A DNA stretch of 64,000 nucleotides from Lama guanicoe (Eukaryota). Made by a program: the position numbers and the translations under genes. Under the pieces are notes generated by a model. The model did not search any database and was not told the origin of the DNA. It saw only the letters and a program-made list of their open reading frames with translations. The DNA lies in assembly GCA_013239625.1 (NCBI GenBank), contig MU053933.1:1883026-1947025 (forward strand), read 5' to 3'. This document shows positions 47,650 to 59,500 of this stretch, piece after piece (positions within the stretch are counted from its first letter, which is position 1; each line of letters starts with the position of its first letter).

Positions 47650-48500
47650 CAGCAGCTGGAGGGGGCGCCGGGCGTGAGGACCCCACGTGGGTCCCGACTG
47701 CGCACGGCCAGGAAAACGGGGCGGTGATGGGAACTGGACATCTGGGCGCCGGCCACTCGGTGTCACGGAGTCACGTTGAGGCCTGACGGCGACACCGGAG
47801 GCCGTATCTTAGCGAAGCGCTCCTCCTGGGAACGCCAACGGCGAGGAACGGGCAATGCCCCAAGCCACACGGACCCGAAGTCCGGCCTCCAGCACTCGCG
47901 GGGCTGAGCCCGAGCCAGGGGCAACTGCGCAGGCGCGGGCCCGCCCACCGGCGCTCGCGGGCGGGGCGGGCGGCTGTGCGCAGGCGCGGGCCCGCCCACC
48001 GTGACCCTGTGACCCCGCTGTCCCAGTGCAGCATGGCGGCCCTCAGGTCTCTGCTGGCGTCCAGGCTGGCGGTGACCCCCTTGTTCGCGCTGCGCCCCGT
48101 CCTGCTGCCTCTGCCCTTGAGCGGACTGGCGGCCTCCCCGCGCGCGGCCCTCCACGCCTCCGCGCCGCGCCCCGGGACCCGGGCCGCGCTGGTGAGCGGG
48201 CGGGGCGTGGGGACGAGGGGGCGGGGGGGCGGGGCGGGCCGAGGTCGACCNNNNNNNNNNNNNNNNNNNNNNNNNNNNNNNNNNNNNNNNNNCGGGTGGG
48301 CCCCGTGACCCCCCTGACCGCCGCTCCACTCCCGCAGGTGCTGTCCGGATGCGGCGTCTACGACGGGACTGAGCTCCACGAGGCCTCATCGTAAGCCTCT
48401 GGGTCGCTCGTGGTCGGGAGGGCGGTCCTCCTCTGAACCGTTGGCAGAAACCCGTCTCCTGATTCGAGAGGCGGAGATGACTGACGCGACACAGGGAGGC
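47650..48500 (+). promoter_or_regulatory. GATD3 CpG-island promoter with two NRF1 motifs and GC boxes
   Basis: Dense CpG. TGCGCAGGCGCG at 47926 and 47977; GGGCGGGGCGGG at ~47959. Confidence 0.85.
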
Positions 48501-51500
48501 GCGAGCGGAAACGTGTGAATCACGCGTGTGAAATACAGGGAGACACAGAACGAGCTTTTAGTGATGCTGTCCCTCAGCGGGAACCGCTTCACACCCCCGT
48601 CTGCTGTTTTTCCACCCCCCGCTGTTGGAATCACACTGTCCTGCGTTTTGGAACCAGAGCTATTTTCTATCTTTACGGCGCGGTTTTAAGGGCTGTGCAG
48701 CCGCCTCTGTAGATGAGTGTCACTGATGTAACCTGTCAGCTGTTGCTCAGTAGTTTGCATTTTGATTTTTTATTTACTTAGAAGTTCCTGTGAGCGTGAC
48801 GGTGGGGACTGTCAAGTTTGGAGTCTAAGTTGTGGGGGAGAGCTAGGTAGTGGTTGGGGAACACCCCCGTCCCAAGCCCAGGGCCTCTCTGGTACCCAGA
48901 GGAGCCAGAGGCTGGTAACTATGCACGGCTGCCCAGCCTTCTCATTGGGAATGGCCAGCACGTGCTGGTGTTGGCCAGACATGTCGCGAACTTTGGAGTG
49001 TGCTGGGCTGGTGGGGGCAGAGGGCCAGACGAGTTTCCTGATGGAGGCTGGGAGAGGGGGCACGAGAAGAGGAGGCTGGAGTAGCCGCCAGCAGCTTAAA
49101 ACCTTCCCAGCAGAGCAAGGAGTTGTGTGTGTGTCTGAGAGGTTCCGAGGAGCAGCGTCCAAGTCCAGGTGGTCCTAGCCCTGCCAGTGAAGGGCTGTGA
49201 CCTTGGGGTCACACTCTTGTGCTTCCTCCTTGCCTGTAAGGGGGTAGTGACAGCACTCCCTGTCTGTAAGGGGGGGATGGGTTCCCTGCTGGCATTTGGA
49301 CTTAGGCCTGGCACAGAGCAACCCTTGGTAAATGCTGCCTCTGGGGGCAGGGACAGAGGCAGGTAGTCCACAGCCCTCAGGAATGCCTGCGTGTCCCCAC
49401 TCCTTTGACGGGAGTGGAGACCAGGAACTGATCTCACCTTGGAGACCAAAAGCTCTCAAACCCTCAAGGCCATCGTCGATGGGCCTGTTGGGGGAAGAGT
49501 GCCCCAGAGTAGCCTAGGAACCCAAATACCCAGGCTGTGACACCAGCCGGATCACCTGTCTCTGCGCCCTGGTTTGCAAAGGGAGCTTCAGGGCTCAGTG
49601 GTCTTCATAGACAGTTCAGTGACATTACACTCAAACGGTTGTTAGTAAGCCAACCATAATTTTTTGCAAAGTAAACAGAGGTTAACTTAGGAAAGGGGTT
49701 TCTAGTTGTCACTCAGCTAAAACTCTTTTTATAAAAACCCATTGTAAGGTAAAGCTGGATTGGGCACACGTCAGAGACTTGTCTGATTTCTTCCCGGGCA
49801 GGATCCTGGTTCACCTGAGCCGTGGTGGGGCCGAGGTCCAGATCTTTGCTCCTGACATCTCTCAGATGCACGTGATTGACCACACAAAGGGGCAGCCTTC
49901 TGAGGGTGAGAGCAGGTATGTGCCCCCACTCACCCTGGGATGTGCACGGCGGTGAGTTGAAACTCCCTGAGATCCTGCACACAGTTACTTCATCTTAGCT
50001 GGGAGCCAAGTCCATATTCTGGTGGACTTCAGAGCAGCAGTCCTCAGGCTGTTCTGTGATAAAGCTCTGAGCCTTGGAATGTTCTTCACCTTCCAGTGCT
50101 GCCAAAAGAGTGAAGGAAAATTCCCACTGAGTGAGCCCCTCGTACCTTCATTTTGACCAGAGGCGTGTGTGTGCATCTGGTCACGAACCTCATTCACCTG
50201 TTTGGGCCCCAAGTGTCTTTGAGCAGCTCCTAGAAGCGTTTCTGTCCCTTAGGGTGTGCAGTCCTGGCCTTGTGTCCTCTAAGACCCACCTCTCCCCTCC
50301 TGCCCTGCCTGGACTGCAGGCTGTGGTTCCCAAGTGCCTTCCAGATGGGGCGGTGGGGAGAAGCGGCTCTGACTCCTGGGGGCTGCGGTCCCCCTGGCCA
50401 GACACTGGCCCGGGGCTGCACAGCCTGGGCTCACAGGGGCTCCTTTCGTGGCCGGTCCTGGGGCTGTTTCGCTTGTCCCTCGAGGATGCTTCTTAGCTGT
50501 CCTCGCGCTGTTCCATCATCTGCCAGTTTCTTGCATCGTGTGCCGTCTGCTCAGGTGTGCGGAAGGGTTCCCGTCTTCCTGGTGGCCCTGACCGACCAGG
50601 AGGCTGCATAATCTGGGGAGGTTCTTAAGTGCCAGTCTGATCTGAGCACAGAGCCAGGTCCCTGTGGCTGTGGCACCTTTCCTGGAAAGCGACCCCGGCC
50701 TGTGAGTGCGCTTCCCCAGGCTGGGAGAGTGCATCCTCCTGTCCCGTGCTGGGCTCCTCCCACCTGTCTCCCGTCTGCCCCTCCATCTGTTGTCTGTCGG
50801 CGCACTGAACCTTTCTGGGGGCCTTTCTCTTCTCTTTTCCAGGAACGTTCTGACAGAGTCGGCAAGGATTGCCCGTGGCAAGATCACCGACCTGGCCAAG
50901 CTCCGTGCCGCTGACCACGACGCTGCCATCTTCCCCGGGGGCTTCGGAGCTGCCAAAAACTTGTGCGTGTTCCAGCTCGGATCCCTCTGCTTTTCCCCTG
51001 GAGCGTTAGAGGGGGACGCGGTGGTGACGGGAGCCGCTGCTGGGGGGTCAGCCAGGCGGTGGTGGAGCTGCTCTGTGACCAGGAACCTATGGGAGGAGGC
51101 TTGGCTGCATTTCCTCGGCTTCTTCCTGAGCGCGCAGGTGGAGCCTGGCCGGTGGGGCCTGGCCGCTGCTGGGGACACGGGCGCCCTCTGAGCGAGGTGC
51201 CATGTGGAGTCTGATCACAGCAAAACCACTCTCCCCACATGTGTGTGTGCTCCCCATGGTCACCAGCTCTCCTGTGGACCTTGTGGTGCAGAAAACTGCT
51301 TTTCCGGTGGGGCTGTTTGGATGACGGTCCTGACGGGGAAGGGTGTCCTTTCTCAGGCTGCTCTTTGGGTTTCTGCCATGATAAGTGGACCTTCTCCTGG
51401 AGGCTGTGAGGTGCTTTGGGCTCCAGGTCATTATTCTGTTCTCTCGTTCCTCGCCCTCCTCCCGCTCTGGCCTCGCGGTCCCGGCACATCCCTCCCAAAG

Positions 51501-54500
51501 TGGTGCAGGGCTGCTGCTCTGGAGACAGAAGGGTTCACCTGCAGCTGTCACGGGGCGAGAAGATGTGAAGCAGCTGTGTCCTGCGGTTTTGGGGTTTTAA
51601 ACATAGTGCAGTGTGCGTACCACCTGGACTACGCACGTACAGACGGAAACAACAGACCCGTAAATCAGGTGTTCTCCTGTGTCACGGATGAGAACGTTGC
51701 TCCGTCCCAGGCCCGGGGCCTCTGGTGACACAGTGCCTGGCTGTGACCTCAGGCAGACAGTGCACCCCGGAGCGAGGGCAGAGGTGGTTCTGATCCCTGA
51801 AGTCCAGCTCTGCTCTTGGCCCTTCTGCCTCCTGGCACCTCACGGGCCCCCTCTGCTTGCGGGCGTCACCAGAACACCGCCTTTCTCCAGGTTTCCACTC
51901 ATTTTCCCACAGTCCTTCCTCCCTCTGGGACCACTGGCCCTCCTCTTGTGCACCCCTCTCCCCATATCCAGCCTCTGGAGTGCTCTCTCCGTGTCACCGT
52001 CCTCGTCAGCCTCCTGGCAGGAAACAGTGGGTCATTTCCTGCAGCTGAACTTGTGCTTCCAGCGCAACCAGGGTTTCTTTCTCTGAAGGATGAGCTGGAT
52101 TCACAAACCTGTCACCTCCCCTCGGCCCTTAGATCTTGTCTGGGGTGAGGGTAGTTTGAGGGTCTGTTGGGGGTTGGCTGGGAGATGGCAGAGCTCCTCT
52201 GTGACCAGGAGCCCATGGGAGGGGTCTGGCGTGAGGGTAGTTAGAGGGTCGGCTGGGATGTGTCCCTGGCGTGGCTGACCCACCTCGGGTGACGGAGGAG
52301 TGCCGGCTCCAGGAGCCCTGGGTTGCGGTGGGCTGCGTTGGCGCGCGAGGAAGCAGGGCTTCGGATACGTTTGCACATGTGTGAGCTCACACCCCTGGGG
52401 AAGCTGCAGCCTGTGGCCGCTGCTCCCATTCTGACCTTTCCAAAGAAATGCCGGCTCCGCATTGGTGGTCTCCTGAGTGGCAGGCAGTGGGCAGCAGGCA
52501 AGGTCGGTGTGACAGATGTCCACTGTGGAAACCCAGGTCCTCCTGTGGACCCTTCCCTGGTACCGTTGCTGGCTTTTTATTTCCGAGAGGTTGAGCCATA
52601 CGGCTGTGTTAAAGATCCAGCCAAACGGTAGCTTCTGTTCTGCGCTGCGTGTTTTCACATAGCTCTGCAGCTCGTCCATTAATTGTCTGACAGCTGCACA
52701 TGTGGACCCCACTGCGTGAGCCCCCCAGCGCTGATGGGGGCTCGTGGCCTCCAGTCCTCTTTCATCCTCGTGGCTTTTTGGAGGTGAGAGTGACGCATGT
52801 GTGTTTAAAGTGTAGAATCTGACCCACTTTGAGACGCATACACACCCTGAGAAGCCAGCCCCACGGTACGGTAGCGAGCACCCAGCATGCCCATGAGTTG
52901 TCCTGTCCTGGGCGCTCAACCACCAGGCACCCGGGGCAGAGGCATCGACCCCAAGAACAGGAAGCAGAGCTCTTGGCAAACAGGTGTGGTCTTTGACATT
53001 TGCTGAGTCTCAGCAATTTATCTTCCCAAGAGGTGGTACCGGTGCGAGCCTGCCAGCCAGAGGAAGACCACTGCAGACACCTCAGCATCTTGCTGTCGGG
53101 AGAGAGAGGAGGGGTCCTGTGCACTCTGCATCTCTTCCCCTTGCTGCGAGGTGCAGTTTCCATCGCTGGTGGCACATCTTGTTGCTCCACGATTGATGGA
53201 TCGACCCCCAAGGACCGTGTGGGCGTAGCTCAGGGCCTGAGCCCCCACCAACTTGGGGCAGCTTCCCTGTTCACCTTTGCCGTCCCCCCTCCTTTTTCTT
53301 TCTATGCTACTTTATATTTTAAAAAACAAAAGAAAGATGTATGATTATGTAAAAGGCCACATACGCGTACTTGCACACACACTTGTTAATTACTCCTGTT
53401 GCTGAGAAGTTAAGGGAACACGGGGCCCCTGGGGTGGACTGGGGGCTCCCCACACAGGCGTGGGGCCCCGAGATCTCAGGAGGCCTCTTCTCTCGTGGCA
53501 GGAGCACGTTCGCCGTGGACGGGAAAGACTGCCGGGTGGACCGAGACGTGGAGCGCGTCCTGAAGGAGTTCCACCAGGCCGGGAAGCCCATCGGGTGCGT
53601 GCGCCGCGCGGCCTGCAGGGTGGGGGCGGCGGCCGGGCGCACTGCGGGAGCTGCTGCTCTGAGCTGTGTGCTTTTGGAAACTCGGCCCCTTTCCTCTTTA
53701 TAACCCAGGGGGTTTCATGCGATGTCACAGGTGCCTTCCAGCTCTGAAAATTCTGTGGTTATGTGGTTATAGTAATTTCTCCTGATGACCTAGTTGGGGG
53801 CAGGGGCAGTTCTGTCAGCGTCCAGCAGAGTATCCATCCCTGCCTGGCCTGCGCCTGGCTGCCGCCTTCCTGACGCGGCTCGGAGCGGCCCCTCAGCTGC
53901 TGCCCCGTTGGTGCTCTGCCACCGCTGCCACGGGCATCGTCTCCTACACCCGTGGCTCTTGATTGCTTTCCCCGGGGGCCACGGGCCAATCCTTCTCTGC
54001 TGCCCCAGGACTGGGTTCTGTTGCAGCTGCATGCTGGGCCACATCACGAGCCCAGCCACAGCCCATGCCTGGACCCCTGTCCTCAGCCTGGTGAGGTCGG
54101 CCGTAACCACACCCGGAGGCCCCAGAAACAAGTGATGGCGACTCCGCTGTCAGACCTGCTGGTCCGGTGGCCCTTCCCACCAGCGTCCCAGCAGGGGCTC
54201 CTCGTCCTGCTCTGACTTGAGTGTCCCAGGGCGGTGCTGGAGCAAGTGGCTGCAGGCTTGGGGTCGTTCCTGGCTGGGGAGGCCTCTCAGCAGCGCCGTG
54301 GTGAGCAGGCCCTCTGCCAGGTGGCTCGCTGCCTTTTATCATCCGACTGGAAAGGAACGAGGTTACCAGTCTGACTGGGGCACGGAGACTGGAGGGGACG
54401 GGCCCCACCAGGGGTCAGCGTCCTTCATGGACCCACTGTCACCACTGGGGGCCCTGCCTGGTCAGCCCGCAGACGCACCTCCCGCTTCCCCCTCCGTGCC

Positions 54501-57488
54501 CCTGGGTACGGAGGAGCTGGTGCCCAGGGAGGGAGGGAGGTCGGTCGCCTCCTGGGACGCCTCATGGGGGCAGCACTTGTTCATGCAGGCGGGCACCAGG
54601 GAGGGCCCCAGTGCCCGCCCTCTGTGGTGGATTCAGCAGCACGACAGACAGGACAGATGCTGAGCAGATTGGCCCCCTCACTGCGGGCATCCCGCCCACT
54701 CGATTGCACAGATGGAGAGCAGCCCGCTCCCCTGGGTGGGGCGCAGGATGGGGACACTGCACGTACCCACCGCCCTGTGTCATTAGGGCCCTGTTCAGCT
54801 CCTCCTGCAGCGCTTTGCTCGGCCTTCTCTTTCCAGCAGCCGTAGCATTATCCCGCCTCTGGCAGGCCCCCTTCCCAGGCCAGGTGCACCGAGCCGTCCC
54901 GCCACTCCACTGCACAGACAGAGCGTGGGGTTCCACGGCTCTGCCGCCTGCCTGGTGCGTCCCTCCCCAGCGCGGGAGCGTTGGTGTTCACAGCCAGAGA
55001 CGGCCGGGCAGCCTGAATGGCCAGACTGGAGGCTCATGGCGTGGCCTTCATCTTTGGAGATCGCCCACCGCACGTTGGGCGCCTGTGAAACCTCGCGACC
55101 CAGCAGGCTCCCAAGGTGTCAGTTCCAGTGACGTCTCACCCATTTGGGTCTGAAGAGGTTTATCTCAGGTCCCTAAGTAGAGGTTGTTCAGGTGTCACGA
55201 CGTGCAGCAAGTGTGTGAACACATTTGTATGATGTTTTATTCCAGCTCGTTACAGCAGCTTGGACATGGGGCCTTTGAAGGCAATACAGAGAGCCAGAAC
55301 CAGGAGGCAGGGGTGCAGCCCCCCTGGGGAGGGGGCCGTCCCTGACAGGTGCATGACGGGCCAGCCTGGCCTGGTGCTGCTGTGGCTCATGTCCCGTGTG
55401 TCCTCTTGGGGACAGGACACTGGTGGGCCCTTGGCTCCCGGAAGCCTTGGTTTTGGCTAAACTGATGGGCTCATGATCTTCTGGTCTGGAGACCCCCTGG
55501 TGAAGAGCAGGTCCTCGGAGGAACCCTGGGGACAGGCGTCCAGTGTGAACTTGCAGGGCTCAGGGTCCCGGGACGGCCTGTCTGTGGGGAGGGGAGGGCT
55601 CAGTGCTCTGCAGGGTCGAGCTCCCCGGGCTCTTGCGCCCCCGTCCAGTCCCTACAGCTGTGCTTCTCTGCTTCCACGTGACCAGTGACCTTCAATCTGG
55701 GGCCGAAGACAACTCGGCCATCTGTGGCCTCCTCTCTTAAGTCAGCCTCCCCGCTCTGGACACCACATCAGGTTCCTGGTGCACATCCAGCAGCTGGGCT
55801 CAGCTAGCCTCCCTCCATGGCTGCCCCGCCAGCACCGGGTGCCCAGAGGCTCCCCCAGCTCCACCATCGCCACCGCTGCGGGCAACCCAGGGTCAGGGGT
55901 CAGCCTCCAGCCCTCAGAACTGTCCTCCGCCCCCATGGCACTAGGGTAGTGCCCCTTTTCCAGATCAGCCGTGTTGTCCGAGTGGCCTTGCCGTGCCCCA
56001 GCCCAATGTCCACACGCACAATCCTGAGCCGACCCTCTTCTCTTCATCTTTCAGCTTGTGCTGCATCGCCCCTGTCCTCGCGGCCAAAGTGCTGAGCGGC
56101 ATCGAGGTCACTGTGGGCCACGAGCAGGAGGAAGGCGGCAGGTGGCCATACGCTGGGACTGCGGAGGCCATCAAAGCCCTGGGCGCCAAGCACTGTGTGA
56201 AGGAAGTGACCATATCCTTCCAGCATCCAGAGCGGCATGGGGGACCCCTGGCGCCTCCGTGCTGCCCTGCAGGGGGTGCCCAGGGCATGTGTGTGATGGG
56301 ACGTAGTACCCGAGGTGGTGACGCCTCCATCGTCTCATGCTGAGTTCCCAAGTCCCTGCAGTGACGCTGGCTGAGCTCAGCACACCCCAGGCCCACAGTA
56401 CGTTCAGTTGGGCAAGGAGACAGCCTTGGGCCTGAGGGGGATGACCCTGTGGTGCAGAGGCTGGGGTGCTGCCTGGAGGTGGAGGGAGAAGGAGTGCCCC
56501 TTGGCAGGGTGGAAGGAGTTTGGGGGATTGGGGGCTTCCTGTCTTTATTTGGGAGAAGTTCCCTGGGTGATGTGGATGGATTGCTGCGCCAGGCAGCCTC
56601 ATCACCTCTGTCCCGTGAGTGGGTCTTCTGTGTTGGGAGGTGGTGGACTGAGGGTGCCAGGGTACTGGGGCAGAGATCTGTGGGCTTGGAGAGCCTCAGG
56701 CCACAGGCTGACCACCGTCCTGGTCCGCATCTGGACGCAGAGGGTCTCCATGTGGGCCGGAGTTGGGACAGAGCAGCACACTGCCTGAGGAGGTGCTGGA
56801 GGCCAGCCCGTTACCCTCTGGATGTCTGTCCCAAAGGGCATCTGTCCGAAGGGGGCTTGCTCTCCTAGGGTTTGTGTCTCCTTGCGGGCGGTTTCAGGTG
56901 TAAGTGTCCACCTCCCTTCAGCGTAGGGTGGCCAGCCCTGGGGCCTTGGCTTGAGTCCAGGGAGCGGGTCTGAGGGTGGAGGCGAGGCTGGGTGTGGGTG
57001 ATGTGGGGCAGGAGCCTGATGGGGTCAAGGGTGGGTCCCGGGTCGGGCTGCCCATGGTGGTCGTGGCAGGCGCTCACACAGGCTAAGTGTGGCTTCTTGA
57101 TCTGAAAGATGCGGGGCTGCCTCCGCCTTCAGGGTCGTGGGCTCCTGGCAGTGCTGGCACCTGGCCTGGCTCTGTGGGGTGCTGGTCCCTGAGCCTGCTG
57201 CCGGGACACCTGTTACCGGCTCTCCCAGAGGTGGCACAGGTGGTGCAGAATGACCCTTCCTGGTGATGGCGGGGCGGGACACACGTCTGTGGCGGTGGCT
57301 GGGGCTGCTTTCCGCCAGACCCCCTCGCTGCGGGATGGGTTTCCCTAACTCGTGTGCACGAAGCTCACGTGGACCGGAAGAACAAGGTGGTCACCACGCC
57401 GGCCTTCATGTGCGACACCGCGCTGCACCACGTCCACGACGGGACCGGGGCCATGGTGAAGGAGGTGCTGGAGCTCGCCCGAAAGTGA
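48033..57488 (+). CDS. GATD3: Glutamine amidotransferase-like class 1 domain-containing protein 3, mitochondrial (ES1 homolog, C21orf33; DJ-1/PfpI family); 7 exons, 274 aa
   Basis: Exons 48033-48191, 48338-48390, 49802-49915, 50843-50962, 53502-53594, 56055-56211, 57360-57488; total 825 nt. Arg/Ala/Leu-rich presequence with no acidic residues, then [61 protein letters not shown]. Confidence 0.97.
48251..48292. other. Assembly gap (42 N) in GATD3 intron 1
   Basis: Run of N after G tracts. Confidence 0.99.
49178..49340. mobile_element. MIR SINE fragment (degenerate)
   Basis: 'ctgtgaccttgggg...cttcctccttgcctgtaaggggg...gcctggcacagagcaacccttggtaaatg' resembles the MIR core and 3' end. Confidence 0.5.
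56212..57359 (+). other. AT-AC U12-type intron (GATD3 intron 6)
   Basis: 5' splice site ATATCCTTC at 56212, branch site TTCCCTAAC at 57341-57349, terminal AC at 57358-57359. Removal joins ...KEVT to EAHVD... in frame. Confidence 0.95.
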
Positions 57489-58064
57489 GGCCACCGCCGG
57501 GCCAGCTCGCGCCCTGGCCAATGGCTCCCCTCTCAGCTTGAGAGGGGCGGGACTTTATTTCTCTGCTTAAATCTGTGTTTTCTTTCTAAAGAGGGAGCTG
57601 GTGCCACATGGGTCAGGGGCAGACAGCGTGAGGCCTTTCCTCCTGGTGGGGAGGGCGGCGGGCAGTGGCCACTGGATCAGAGGCAGCCTCAGAATTGAAA
57701 TCAAGTCTGCTTTTCAGCAGGAACCTCAGGTAGAGAGAGGTGACCCTGCAGCCCTAATAATCAGGAAACCAAAGTACCACGATTATCGCTAGTTAAAGAC
57801 GCTCTGATCCGGAGCAGATAAGAGCTGATCAGGACAGTCGGGCTTTGTGGAGCAGGCATGCCCTTTGGCTGGTGAGAATGAGCCCCTCCCCCAGATGGAC
57901 TCGGGCAGCCCCCTTTCAGGCCTCCTGGGACTGGCCGACTAGGAATATGCACGAAGCTTCTCATGTTAGGGGTGGGCACTCAGCCATGTGTCGGCCTGCG
58001 GGTGGGGCAGTGCAGTTGGCCCCGGGCCCCGAGCTGGGCGGATGGAAGATGGTGCAGGAGGAGC

Positions 58065-58070
58065 AATAAA
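58065..58070 (+). terminator. Candidate GATD3 poly(A) signal
   Basis: First AATAAA after the stop (~580 nt downstream), followed by GT-rich sequence. Confidence 0.7.
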
Positions 58071-58669
58071 GTGTGGCAGCTCGTTGGCTGGTGCTTTCCT
58101 CAGTGTGTGGCTTCTGTTCCGGGAGAGAGCACGGTGGGGTGCTTCGTCCATCACAGTGCAGCCCCCTAGTCTGTCCTCCGTGACCCGGGATGGTGCCCTG
58201 GACGCATGGTACTACTGTGTTTTTGTCTGGTTTTGATAAAGCTGCTCAGGTCAGCGCTGCAGTCTGTTTAGTATGGCCCAGTTCACGCTGAGCCATGTGG
58301 CTGGGGCGCAGAGACACAGGTCCCCCATGCTGCACCCCTTCCCTCTGCCGTTATCAGGTGACGTGCTGGACATGCCTGCGGTGGGTTCCCGGAGTCTGAG
58401 GGCAGAGCAGGGCCTGTGGGAGGGACGGTAGAGCCCTGGTCCACAATCGCCGGTCCCCCCAGCTCCCCCGGTGTCGTGCGTCAGCTGGCCTCCGACATTT
58501 CTGGTCCTTCCTCCATGGGGGCTCCGTTCTCGTAGCCTGTCTCCCACGGAGCTGGGTCCTCTGGGACAGGAGCCCCGCGGCCCCACTGCAGGCACTGGCC
58601 ACGCTGGCCATCATTGACCTCTCCTTTGCATGGCCCGTTGGAGGTCAGCGACTCCTTCCCGAGAAACGT

Positions 58670-59500
58670 GTTCACTGAAACACTTTACAAATAAGCACAC
58701 GTGTGTGCACATAGAATGCAAAATCACGCACCTTGGTGAGATTTCGTGGTGTGAACCGCTGCTCGGATCCAGGGTAAACAGCGTCACCAGCCTCAGGCCC
58801 CCCCCCCCCCGGCCCTGGGGGGAAGCCCGGCAGTGGCGCACGTCCCAGCTCTGAGCCCAGGGGGCCTGGCCGCATGACGTCTTGGCCCACGGGCACGGCC
58901 TCAGCGGGGCGGGGCGGGGCGGCGCGGCGGCTGCGGGCACGTCTGCTCGGCCGTGTCCCTGGCCAGCAGGGTGCCGGGTCCGGCCCTGGGGTCTGTCGGG
59001 CTTTTGTTTTTCACTCTCGTCACCCTGGTGGGTGTGAATGGCAGTTCCGTGGTTTCCTCTGCCTCTCCCTGGTGTCCGCTGAGGGCCACCACCTCTCTGT
59101 ATGTTCCCTGGCCCTTTGGGGACCCTCTGGTGAAATGCCGGTTGGAGTCTCAGGCCATTTCCCTGTCAGTTGCCTGTCTTCCGTGACTGGAGTTCTGTGT
59201 GTCCGGGTTACAAGTCCTTTGTCTGTCACACGGACCTCACGTATTCACCCACCTTGTCTTTTCACTCAGCGGCGTCTTGATGAGCAAACAGCCCTCATCT
59301 AACGTGGGCCTGCTTACCACCCTCGTGGTGGTGGTTGTCGTCTGGGGAGGAGAACCCTTCCTCCCCAGGTGTGAGGGCACTCTCCTCAGTTACCCTCAGT
59401 CACCTGTGTTCACCATTGTTTTGCCTTCGTGAGCAGTTTGTCCAGGACTGACATCTGTGAGTCTCTCTGCTCTGTGTTTGGTTCTTCTCTTCTAGAAATG
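58670..59500 (-). mobile_element. Ancient L1M (L1MC-like) fragment, antisense, heavily GC-shifted
   Basis: 'caccctggtgggtgtgaatggcagttccgtggtttcctctgcctctccctgg...ctggtgaaatgccggttggagtctcaggccattt...acaagtcctttgtctgtcac' follows the L1 ORF2-end reverse complement. Confidence 0.6.
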
